64,000 bases of DNA, taken from contig NC_087245.1 of assembly GCF_037042905.1 (NCBI RefSeq), positions 10,480,001-10,544,000 of the forward strand. Direction: 5' to 3'. Shown piece after piece: positions 1 through 12,005 of the stretch. Positions within the stretch are counted from its first letter, which is position 1, and each line of letters opens with the position of its first letter. The stretch comes from Lytechinus pictus (lineage: Eukaryota). Made by a program: the position numbers and the translations under genes. The notes under the pieces are model-generated. The model worked only from the letters and a program-made list of their open reading frames with translations. It was not told the DNA's origin and ran no database searches.

Positions 1-2084
1 TGGTGAGAAGACATTTTTGTGACCTATATAACTATAATTTATTTGCTGCTGTTTATTTTTTTTTCTTTTCATTATTTGATTCATTGTTTACACTAGTCAG
101 CCCACCTGTGCTCTTCAAAACACCCATGTAAAGTGCCCTACAAATGTTACTATTCTTATTATTCCTAATTTTATTATTATTATTATTTCATATTTAATTC
201 ATTATGTTTGCTTGTTTCTGGATATGTGGACAGACATTAGAGCGATTGATAAAATTATTCTTTTTCTGCAAAAGACAGACCTTTTTGTCATACAGTTGTC
301 CACGAATAAAAGAGTGATTGTCCTTACAGAAACTTCAATACAAAGTAGATATTCTCTTCTGAGAATAAAACTAAAAGATGAAATTGCAGACAATAGTCAT
401 TTCATATCTTCATGAGAATGGGATACAGCCCAGCCACTTGCAGGTGAACATATCTTTATTTTCTCTTGTCTCTGTCAGAGCTAATAATATCCCAATCCAA
501 TACCCAAATCATCTCTTTTCTGTCTGGTAACTTCATCATGTCTTTCCTATTGGGTGGGGTTGTATCAGTGAGAGTGCTGTCAAGTCTATTTTGTGGTAAA
601 TTCTTCCATGAAGATGCTGTTTCATTCCATTATTGGTCAGGGTTCTTGATATTTGCTCATCCACCCACTCACACGCCTCTTATGAGGGAAAATCATGCTC
701 ATGCGACAATGTTTCAATGGAAAATGTGAGAAAATGAATTTGAATCGAATGAAGTCTTAAAAAAGTGTTATATCATTCAACACAATTAAATTCAAACACA
801 TATATAAATGTGATATTAATCTTGATAGTTTGCATATTGATAATTAACTGACACTCATGTATATTTCTTAATTTTGCTCAATCAAGGAATATCAATCCTA
901 TCAATAGTTTTCTCATAAAAATACATTTTTCAATGATTTTTATGTGGTTCCATTTTCAAACATTCTTCTGAAATTAGTCAAAATGGAAACAATTGCAGAT
1001 TCAACAATTTCATTCTTAATATCTCAAGATGAACACATTGTTTAAACATAGATAATATACCAACAAATCACTGGTTTAATTTATAAGCATATTCTAAATT
1101 CAAATACTATTTTTAAATTTCAATGTAGATAGTGATTGATTTCAACTTTCTTAGAAAATGTTGACTTCAAGATCTTAAAATTTGAACTGTGATGCTTATA
1201 ACGAGCCAGCAAGTATAGTTATCAAAGACTTGCAACTTTGGATGAATTTCTATAATTCTTTAATATTCAATCACTCCAAATAGGAGATGTTCTATATCTC
1301 CCTATTGAAATAAATACACAGGATGTCAATATCATCAACTTGTTCAATTTTCTGCCACTATCCTATGCTCATTTTTTTTTCATCTGCTATGCACATGTGT
1401 ATTGATACTCTCTATCCTGTGAATGAAGAAAACAATACTGAATTTCATCAGCAGATGAGTCAAAATTCTGATCTTCTAAGGTCCAAATACAATAATTCTC
1501 TGAAACAATATGATTAAAATCCTTAACACTAGGGTCATTTGATGCCCAGTATATAACCACCTTTTTCTTATAACAGGAAGGTGAAACTTGAAATATGCAA
1601 AGAAATCCCTAATTGATATTTTTTTTCTTCTATTCAGGATGTGTACAAGTCAGATTTCCGTAGAGGAAATGGTTACAGTTGGTGGGAGGGATCAGCGTTA
1701 GTACCTTACTCTATCTTCTTTGCAGCACTCTTTTGTTCACCCAAGGAGTGAGAGAATGATTTGTAGGGTGTGTTTATAGTTATACTTCTTTTGCAAATAT
1801 AGAATTGAGTGTTTAGACATGCTCATCGTAAATGTATTTCTACAGAACACTGTTTAAGCATCGATTTTCGCTTATGCTACATCGACATGGGAAGAAAGTC
1901 AAATTGAATAGCACCCTTTTTATGAAAATTCTATTGTGCTTTTTTAATATCAAACAAGAAACACATTTATGAATTAGGTCAAATCAGGAAAGCATAAAGA
2001 AAACATTAAATGTTTTGGACACTTGAATGATCAAAATAACATCACCATTATCAAGTTAATGCTCTTTTCTAATGTTATTTTCAA

Positions 2085-2340
2085 AATATCCTATTATATG
2101 AATGATGATGATGGTGATGATCTATTATCATTATTACTGTTATCACAATTATTAGTACTTATATTATCCTTTCATCATAATTATTATTATTATTATTATT
2201 ATTATCATAATAGAATGGTTCATTATTATTACTATACCATCATTATTATCAAAAGTAGTAATAGTATATGGTATCATCAACATTACCATCATCATCATCA
2301 TTTTCATTATTATGATCATTATCACCACAGTCATCATGAA
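2085..2340. repeat. Degenerate (TAT/CAT/GAT)n trinucleotide microsatellite
   Basis: Runs such as ttattattattattattattt and catcatcatcat; explains the Tyr/His-rich ORF 2023..2394. Confidence 0.9.
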
Positions 2341-2734
2341 ACCTGTGATTCTTTTGTGTCTGTGTTTTACATTTCACTTATACAAGGAACTTAAAACCAA
2401 ATGGTAATAACAGAGTCTGCAATTTCATTTTGATAATCCAATTGGACATATATGCAAAGGATGCATTCATAAATACATTCTCATTATCATTTTAAAATAA
2501 TAACAACCCGTAAATAACTTCACCTGTTTTGGAGACCAAAACCAGACGGCATACCCTGAGCTCCAATCGATTGACCAGAGTCTGATCTTTTAATCAGGGT
2601 TTGGTTTCTGCAGGCACTCAGGAAATAAGACAGTGGCTAGATGTTTGGCCTACTTTAAACTTCCTACCCCAACAACCTCCACAATTCTTCATCAACAAAT
2701 GAAATGCAGGGAATTCACAGAGTTGATGGAGATC

Positions 2735-3000
2735 AGGGACCCATCTTACAACAAGTTCTGATCGATCCGATCAATCGCAACTATGGAAAGCCAGCAAAGT
2801 CAACATATAAAATGCATGTTTGCTCAAATTTTTTTCTAGATATGAATGTATATCCATAACTACATTAATTTCTTGACAATTTGGTGTATTTACCTTTATT
2901 TGCAAAGCACATTTTGGAAATTTTGTGTAGAATAAATTATGACATTGATAGATTTCCACAGAGTTACTATATTTATTGGATCAATCGTAGCTCTTTGAGT
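2735..3000. mobile_element. Degenerate MITE, right terminus eroded
   Basis: Left arm gggacccatcttacaacaagttctgatcgatcc is imperfectly inverted at the right arm ggatcaatcgtagctctttg (~2978-2998). Confidence 0.55.
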
Positions 3001-3319
3001 TGCTGGAGAAAAATAGGTTCCATGACAATTTCTCAAAAAAACTTCAAACCTGACTTTAAAATGAAATCTTAATCCTAAACCTCATCTCATTCTGAACCAC
3101 AAAAACTAGCAAAATCCACACCTTCACATTATACTGTATATCTTCAAAGTATTAGCAAATGGAGCGATACTGTACAGTAGCAAATGTCTCCTCATCAAAA
3201 AGATATGATTTTTAATTTCCTTCACAATAAAATAGCTTGGTTTGTATTAAAGCCCTGCCTATACCTGTATATGTGCAAATGTTTTTCTTTAAAATTTGGT
3301 TTTATTTTCTTTGTATTCC

Positions 3320-3464
3320 CAGGTGCAATGGAATGGTTTTGAAGGGGGGGGGGCTGAGTTGAAAATAAGGGAGGAGGCTGACCATGCAAAAGATAACAAT
3401 CAGATGCTTATTTCTAGGTTATTGTAGACACTTTTGAATGCCCACCCCCAAGCTGCAACCCCTG
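3320..3464. mobile_element. Diverged poly-G MITE, same family as 52816-53006
   Basis: Shares gggggggctgag...ggctgaccatgcaaaa..acaatc with the 52.8 kb copy; begins cagg and ends cccctg. Confidence 0.7.
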
Positions 3465-4210
3465 TGTGACACTGACTTAGATAAATGATATTGTTTGTTC
3501 CCATTACGATCTACACATATCATTCAACGTGCCCTCTTATAAAAAAAATACAAAATAAAACAAAACACAAAAGGATGAAATATCCTTGCAGATAAGTACC
3601 AACATACTCTACATCACTCATCAATATGAGAATATATTTCCTGTTTACGTTATATAAATGGCAATGTAATTTTTGTGAGACACTTCCTTTGTTTGGCCTG
3701 GACGGATCATATATACTTCCCTAGAATAAAACAAGGGTGGATATATGCCAGCCATATCAAAATTTCTTGTACTTGCATCGATATTAAAAGCTTAAATAAA
3801 AAACTCATACATCCACAGTAATTACCATCACTCATCTATAAAATGTGCTTTACTCATTTAAAAAATAATTTAACAGGTTTTTAAGGGGTTTTAAAACCCA
3901 CAGATGAATGTGTTTTTTTTTTCGATGAAACCAGCAAAATATTTGGAAAATTATATATTATCCTTGAATTATTCAGATAAAAAGTATGTCATCACACTTG
4001 ACATAAACTCCAAGCATAATTGTAGTACGATGAGCATTGTCTGCAAATCTATCTCTAAGAACCAAACAGGAAGAAGATGATCTCTTTGCTACTTGAAGAC
4101 ATCCTTTCACAACATTCTTGTGATTAACTAGAAGTAGGACTGTAAAATACCTTTAGGTACAGTATATGCCAAGTTGAACCTTGACTTGACATTTCTACAA
4201 TGAAGGCTTA

Positions 4211-4693
4211 GGGCCTTTTCACACGTGACTCTTGAATCATCATTGTAATGATGATTGCAATTCGTCTTTAGAATCATCGGACCTTTCACACGCTCACTCG
4301 AAAACTGCAATTTGAATTCTTGAATTCAAATTCCGAGCAAAGGCAGTATGTGTCCTTGGTGACTTGTCAATCAAAGCACTGCATCGCAAATACAAACTAC
4401 AATGAGTGCATGACAATTGTATTATCTATGGAAGTGCTTGAAGGGTCACATAAGCTCAGCCCCCAAAAGATGTGTTGGAGGTCAAGCCTTTCACATGCAA
4501 ATTCGTACCGTAATTTGAGTGAAACTTAATTGGAATTCACCTCCGGAGTAGAATTTGATTTCATGATTGTGATTAGCGTTTGTGATTCTCATCATGTTCT
4601 AGTTTGGTTTCACACGTGCTCAAAATTTGTCATTAGCCTTATTTTTCACTGGAATCATTCAAATTACAATTTTTTTACCGTGTGAAAGGGCGG
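4211..4693. mobile_element. PIF/Harbinger-like MITE with TTA target-site duplication
   Basis: TTA at 4208-4210 and 4694-4696; TIRs gggccttttcacacg / cgtgtgaaagggcgg; internal reiterations of tttcacacg at ~4284, ~4490 and ~4608. Confidence 0.75.
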
Positions 4694-7600
4694 TTAGTCA
4701 CACAAAAATAAGAATTGGATCATCATTTTGAATATCACTCTTGGGCATCAATTCATGTTTCGATAATGTCTAAAGTTTTGCCACTTAGAACTTGATGGCC
4801 AAGTACATTTTCATAACATTGTCGCATATGGTGTGTGTATAGTCATGGTTAAGTACATGTGAGGCGACTATACCTAACATCTTTCTTCCTCATGATATTG
4901 ATAATCATTACTTCAATCATGATTAGGAAAAAGAATATTGGTCATGATTCAAATCATCTCTGCATTGTCAATAATTCTATGAGCTGTCATAAAACGCACG
5001 CTTTTGAGATTTCATGTTAAAAAACCGCAGCCATTACTTATACAAATTTGAAGAACAAATTATTTTATAATATAAAAAAAATTGTTCCAAATTTTGAATT
5101 TATTAAATAAGTGATTGAAATGATACTCAGCGAAGCATTCAGAAAATGAAATATTTATTAAAAAAAGGGACCTCTGGTCACTTTCTAAAATGATGTATAC
5201 ATGTATATCATGCACATAATTATAATTGTCTTAAGCCTTGATTCATGATGGATTCTAAAATCATGAAATGCACACGTGCAACATCTAGGTCAGGTTTTTT
5301 CACCCCTATGCAATAAACTACTACATGTATAGTGTAGAAAAAATGGTTTAGGTCACTTCAAAATATCACCGGAAAGCATATGATATTTTGAATGAAATTG
5401 GAATCATACCTAATTAATAAAATAATAGGAATTCAGATTTAGAATAGGAGATGAAATTTAACCAAACAGCAGGTTGATGATGGTTCATAAATCACCAACG
5501 ATATGAACAAGAATTTGAATTGTATCAATACTTATGCTATAATTAAAAAACAGCTATTTGGGATTTATATAGTGCCAATTCCCATTAGGTTAAGATTTGA
5601 AATTTCGTCAAGCAATTATTATGCTCTGCTTGTGAACATCCCTCATGGTGGAAGTTCAATGACAAATTACACCCTCACTTGAAAGGAATGAAAGGAAACC
5701 ACCATTGATAAAATGAATGTCATTTCCAAGACATCAACACAATTCATTGTGTTTCATTATTTGGACTGAAAACAATAAGTCTCTGTCCCATCAGCTGCTT
5801 GTATCTACTGTTATGTTATTGTTATGACTCAGCTGTGTTTCACAGCTTACATGTATAAATCAGTCAGTCGTTTCTTAGCAACTTCTGGGTCACACATACA
5901 AATAATCTTTAATCTAAAAAATAATGTCTGAAAGGTTTTTAATAGACAATCAATCAAGAGGTGTCATAATCAAGTGACTTCCTTTATTTACAAGGTACAT
6001 GTATCACCACATTACATGTTATTACAATACTTATGAAAATTGTACTGCAGAACTGGAAAAATAGGTACTAGTAATACTTTAAAATAGCTCTGAAATAGAT
6101 TTCATATGGGAGATTGTTCTGAAACAGTACATGCATTATAGAAATAATTTGTTTTTTAATTTTGAAAACAAATATCACTACTTGCATGGTATAAATATCA
6201 GATTGAAGATACACGCCCATATTTGATCTTTGAAAATCTATATTCATGGAAATAATACACTATGAGTTGACATGTTTAATTTGAGCAAGGTAAAATTCAA
6301 GCCAAATGTTTGCATTTCAAAATTACTCATATAATAGAATCTCAACTCATATGGTTTGGATATTTCTTGGAAATTTCTATAACTGAGAGAGCACTAATAT
6401 CTGATCATAAAGGTAAGCCTGACAGGCTTTCATTCAAGTTAGGAAAATAACAGGAAGATAGACAAGACATGAACAAGGAAATAATACGAACTTCAAGTGC
6501 TAAAATTACTACCCAAAAGAGGAAACTTTCACTCCTGAAAGTATGCTGTTCTTAATCAACATCACATGGGCATGAACGAAGTTTGAAGCTTGAAGACTTT
6601 TTTTTTCTGATTAATTTCATGATCAAAACCTAGTATATCACTATCTTACAATCAAGCATTGCTGTACAGTGCCAGAAATGTTAGATACACAAAATATCTG
6701 GGTGCAATAATAAGGTAAGAAACATTAAAAAAAAGTTTTACCCGATTTTAGATCCTTTTCCAACTTGAAATTGCTCCCCATGTGTGATCAAAATTATTAA
6801 CTTTTGTTACATGATATTTGTCTAAAAAAGTTTGTCATGATTTTCTGGTGTAATTTACAGAAAATATCTGAGCAAAGCCAATTTTCACACGTCATCAATA
6901 TGGCATCCACAAGACCCTCTCTGGAAGTGAATGAAAGTCAAAGGTAGTGAAATTAAAATCAAACAAGAACAAAACAAACTTTGTGGCACATACTGTAAGT
7001 CCTAAAGAGTACAGAAGCTGTTATGATGACAACAATGCACCATTCTATTTCCAGTGAATGTGAATTCAGTGACAATTCCAATGAAAAGACAGGTAGAATG
7101 ATATCAAACTTGTTCAGACAAGCTTTTCATATTTTGAAACAGTAGATAGGTATATATTTATTGGTTCATTATCAATTCAAATGATTAAAAAAACAGGATG
7201 TAAAAATAAATCAGAATTGCGCGCAACAACATTGTACATGAATACCACAGCATTATTTTCTGTCACCCACCCCACCTCCAGTATAAGACCTGGACAATGT
7301 TAAACTAGGATAATCATCATCAAAACCATTGATTTGTTATACATATACTTTATATTAAAAGTTCACACTGGTTAATTCAGATAATTTTGGTCGGCACAAA
7401 AATATGTTAAAAGTGGGGGGGGGGGGTGGTATCTTGACTGTCAACCAGATGATATAAAGATATACACTTTATTGGTTCAATGTGATTTCAAATTTATCCT
7501 TATACAATGGAAATGGTCAGTATTTCATAAATACTTCCTTCCTGCTATGTACTTGTTTGAAGTATAAAATGCTTTTTTGATAACACTGTTGTTCACCTTG

Positions 7601-8014
7601 CACTGTACATGACTAATCAGAGACTGATTTCAGGTAGTAGTTGCAAAGGGTTATACAAATATTATGCCCAAATACTGCCCAATACGCAAGGTTATTTTCA
7701 CCACATTACAATAGATCATCATCATATCAATGATTGTAACCAGGTTATGGATAAGTCATGATATCATAAAGACACCTTGTACCATTCTAATCACAAGAGC
7801 TTGAAACCTTCCTAATAATGGTCAATGGTAGGGCATGATTTGTAAACAAACTTGGTACAATTTATAGTATCCTCTGGACCTACACGATGGGTACTTTCGA
7901 TTTGTTCACTAGTGGACTGATACATAAGTACATCATAATTGTTTTGTGTTCATGGCGGACAAGCTGGTGGAGTAAAACAATCAGAGTCAGTGACAATGAC
8001 TACACTTGACTAAC

Positions 8015-8152
8015 CTTGCCTTTGCCTGACATATCGACTGTTAATGACAATGACAAGGATTTCTCCCCAATCGAATCTTTCACCAGGATAGTGGACAGTG
8101 TCCTTACGCATGCTCCGAGTCTCATGCTTCTTTACTCCACTGACTCCGTAAG
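8015..8152 (-). CDS. Probable exon (138 nt) of the same minus-strand gene; reading frame ambiguous
   Basis: Acceptor atgttcacag| at 8153 (weak pyrimidine tract), strong donor CAAG|gttagt at 8014, length divisible by 3, raised GC. The phase-1 frame is fully open (YGVSGVKKHETRSMRKDTVHYPGERFDWGEILVIVINSRYVRQRQ). The phase-0 frame reads LTESVE-stop-RSMRLGACVRTLSTILVKDSIGEKSLSLSLTVDMSGKGK. Confidence 0.5.
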
Positions 8153-8422
8153 CTGTGAACATATTATCAGATTATTATGAAATCCTTTTTTTCTATTTGT
8201 TTTGTATTGATTTGTATTGTATCATGGTGGTGCCCCACCTACAAGTTTTTTTTAAAACTTCTTGGGGCTCCTGATCCCATGTTTCTATATAAATCTGTGT
8301 ATTTATGTAGGATGGGGGGAGGCAGGTCAGTTTTTTGTCTTTTGATTACACTAAAATATGAATTCAATGGTTGTAATCATCTTCTATTTTGTTCTCTATA
8401 ATATTTCCTAATATTTTGTACT

Positions 8423-9410
8423 AACATGGTAAACGCCAAGCGTTATCTCGCCTGTATATTGCAGTCATGAAGAGACTGCATGTCAAAACTACATGTATGC
8501 TATATATGACTTAGATGGACCTCCGTTACGAGTTTGGCGATCCCACCTCGAAGCTATAGAAAGTTATTGTGTGTACAACACAGCACAGTGCCAGTCATGG
8601 AAAGTTCATTGACCTTAATCAAATTTAACTCACATTCAAACTAGACCTGCACCTTCAAGAGATGGACCTCTTGTATGAATTTGGCAATCCTACCTCGAAG
8701 ATATCAAAAGTTATTATGTGTACAACACAGCACAGTGCCAGTCATGGAAAGTTCATTGACCTTTGACCTTAATCAAATTCAACTCACATTTGAACTTGAC
8801 CTGCACCTTCAAAAGATGGACCTCTTGTATGAATTTGGCAATCCAACTCGAAGATATAGAAATTTATTGTGTACAGCACAGCACAGTGCCAGTCATGGAA
8901 AGTTCTTTGACCTTTGACCTTATTCAAATTCGGCTCACATTTGAACTTGACCTGCACCTTCAAGAGATGGACCTCTGTTATGAATTTGGCAATCTCACCT
9001 CGAAGCTATAGAAAGTTATTGCGTGTACAACACAGCACAGTGCCAGTCATGGAAAGTTCATTGACCTTTGACCTTATTCAAATTCATCTCATATTCGAAC
9101 TTGACCTGTGCCTTTAGAAGATGGACCTCTGGTATGAATTTGGTGATCCCACCTCGAAGATATAGAAAGTTATTATGTGTACAACAGAGCACAGTGCCAG
9201 TCATAAAAAGTTCATTGACCTTTGACCTTATTCAAATTCGACTCATATTCGAACTTGACCTGTGCCTTCAGGAGTTGGACCTCTGGTATGAATTTGGAGA
9301 TCCCACCTCGAAGCTATAGAAAGTTATTGGGTGTACAACACAATTGTTGACGACGCCGACACCAGAAATAGTGATACCTATGTCTCGCTCCGCTACGCAG
9401 GCGAGACAAA
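8423..9410 (+). mobile_element. Non-autonomous Helentron-type (HINE/DINE-1/Tsp-like) element carrying a ~154-bp tandem array
   Basis: 5' subterminal tctcgcctg (8446-8454) is inverted at caggcgaga near the 3' end. There is a 3' stem-loop tgtctcgc-12nt-gcgagaca (9381-9408) followed by an A run, no classical TIR/TSD, and central core repeats. Confidence 0.75.
8514..9342 (+). repeat. Tandem array, ~5.5 copies of a 147-154 bp unit
   Basis: Unit starts (gatggacctc) at 8514, 8661, 8815, 8966, 9120 and 9274; each full unit contains cacagtgccagtcat and ttgacc(tttgacc)tt. Confidence 0.95.
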
Positions 9411-10997
9411 AAATGATGAAACTTTGCTTGTAAGTTTTCCAAATGACTTTCTAAAATTGATCATCCGGACATACAACAACTGGGTATACTTTAAGACTGA
9501 TTAAAATAAACCGAATTGAAAATGAAAATCAGAACAGGATTAGAGAAAAAATATTTTGTAAAATATTTTGTAAAACAGATATTACTTTTTAAACTGTTTT
9601 GCTTTCATTAAACCATTGAGCATGTAAGATGTCAAATAACACGCAATAATCCAACATACAAGGTCAGAAAACATCATGTGAAATATCTTTCAAATTTTGA
9701 TTTTCAGTTTCACTTTTGCTCATCTCATAGTCATGTTTATGACACAGTAATACTTTTAGTCCATAAGTTGTTTAACATCGAGGGTTGGGTTTCCTGAACT
9801 TCTACTGGATAAAACATTAAAAATTTTATTTATCTATTCAAGGCTAAGCATAAGCCCATTTCAGGATTCGCAGCAAAATAAATATTGATTTAAAAAACAA
9901 ATAGTTCCTATATTTCAGATTGTCTGCCTCCAATGTAAAGATCATTTGATGTTCCACTCATGACTTTTGAAGAGTTTTGTTTATTTCTGAAATGTGTGTT
10001 TAGTCTAACCATCTTATACACAGGGCAAATTAACTTCAGTCTTCTAGTCATGCAATATATGCATGGCACTCATTGTCAATGTTTACCGAAGAGAGATGTC
10101 TCTTTTTTTGTTTTAGATGTACCGTAAATGTAAATTACATCCTGAGAGTGCAGGGTCATTCAAGCATGGACACTCAAGACAGGCCCATTTCAGCTCTTGA
10201 TTTGTTCATTTTCATCTTCAAGAGCAGAAAAGAAAATCCTTTACACTATTCTAGTTATTCCCTATTCTTGCTACTCAATTAGTAAGTGGTTAAAAACAAA
10301 AAGAAATGTCCCTCTTTGGGTTATTATAACCCATACTTGCACCTCTTTATACAGGTGTATGAACAGAATCCTCACTGATGTGTTAACAGACTAGAAGAAA
10401 GTAGTATCATACACATTAAAAAATTATATTCATGCAGTTGGGGGTAGCTTATGTATGGTATCATAAAAATAAAAACTTAAAAAATCATGTACTTGTTTTT
10501 CTTTGATGGATTTTTCCAACTCTTAATTCATAATTTCAATATCATTTTCTGCTTTCAACAAAAATACAACTTGATGTCAGGGTGGACTTCCCTTAAAAGA
10601 GAGTGAGAAAAACAAATCCTAGGTGTCTTTTTAATGAGTATCAAATATGATTTCACTAGTTTATTTCAGGTAGTGCTTAATTGCATGTACATAGAAGCAG
10701 CTGTGTAACAATAAGCTTTAATTGCCATAAAAAGACAATACATCAGACTTACTCATAGATTACATAATCCTTACAATTGTTGGTGCAATTATTCAATACC
10801 AATGCAGTATAATCTGACCCCTTTGTTTATTTTACACCTGTCCAGATATAGAAAAAAATCTAGGATTTTCTAATCCAGTATGTTCTACCCTGATTGGCAA
10901 ATTCCTAATAACTGCCATTGTGAAATTACTTACAACGTCGCCAAGAGAAAATATCTTTAAATGACAAGATATTTAAAAAAATGAAAATGTCACCAGT

Positions 10998-11068
10998 CAC
11001 AAGAAATGTTACCAGTCATGCGTAAAGTCTTGAGTAACTTAATGAACAGCTTTATGAAACATCCACCT
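10998..11068. mobile_element. Isolated arm of the MITE family seen at 11189-11358
   Basis: cacaagaaatgttaccagtcatgcgtaaagt...gaacagctttatgaaacatccacc is the approximate reverse complement of 11189-11259. Confidence 0.75.
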
Positions 11069-11188
11069 AAAGAATTACATAATCCTTACAATCTTGAGAA
11101 ATCATGATTTGTCAAGGTTGTAAGGATTATGTAATCTTTGAGTAATAATATATTATTATATAGTACATGTACCTTTGTAAATTCTATG

Positions 11189-11358
11189 GGTGGATGTTTC
11201 ATAAAGCTGTTCGTAAAGTTACTGAAGGCTTTACGCACGACTGGTGACATTTCTTGTGCCACACTATCCCTATGTAGCTCACTTAGCACCTAAGATCATG
11301 TTCCAGTCGGACGTAAAGTTGTGCGTAACTTTACGAACAGCTTTATGAAACATCCACC
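11189..11358. mobile_element. Short MITE (Harbinger-like) with ~33-bp TIRs
   Basis: ggtggatgtttcataaagctgttcgtaaagtta ... taactttacgaacagctttatgaaacatccacc form a perfect inverted pair. Confidence 0.9.
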
Positions 11359-11724
11359 TGAAATTTCATATCTTTGCAAATGTTTGTTCCTCAATTGGTT
11401 CTCTGTTCAAGGTAGAGGAAAAATGAAAGGAGTAGCCTACATTGCAACTTGCAGTATACTCTGTAGCATTAAACATGTGAAAAATAGTAAAATAAAGAAA
11501 GGGGTATTGACTGGTGGCTCATTTGGCATATTTGTTTCCTCTGTTTCAGGATTTCCTGTGAGGGGAATCCCTGTGTGGGTAATCCCAAGGTATAATAATT
11601 TTTTTTTTTACAGAGCCCGAGGGCTAAAGAAGAGAGATTTCAGAGAATCACTTTTTAAATCTGCATTCGCAGTATTCATTCATTTGGTCAAAAGGTGCAG
11701 TACTCTTGGTGAATACAACTCACT

Positions 11725-12005
11725 GGCCCGTATTCTGAAGTCGGGTTTAACTTAAACTCAGGTTTAAAGTTATGGTTTAAGTATGGGAAGCCATAAGTAT
11801 CAACATTTTTATTAAGTTGTATGTTTCCTATGTTTAATGTGCTCTTTCCTGATTCATCGATGGTGAAGACAAAAATATATTTATACTTCCTAGACAATTA
11901 TGAATGATTTGAGAGCCAAATGAGCTGAAGTATGATATCTCTACTGTTAGTGATTTATGTAACAATTGGCTATCCATACTTAAACCTGCTATCAGAATAC
12001 GGGCC
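11725..12005. mobile_element. MITE with 3-bp TSD (ACT), Harbinger-like
   Basis: TIRs ggcccgtattctga / tcagaatacgggcc flanked by act on both sides. Confidence 0.85.

Noticed and set aside
1638..1700. Plus-strand acceptor ttttttcttctattcag
   Set aside because: No convincing donor or open frame follows.
2023..2394. His/Tyr-rich 123-aa ORF
   Set aside because: Translation of a trinucleotide microsatellite.
8675..9319. Four similar ORFs suggesting a peptide gene cluster
   Set aside because: They are translations of the 154-bp tandem repeat, with frames shifting between units.
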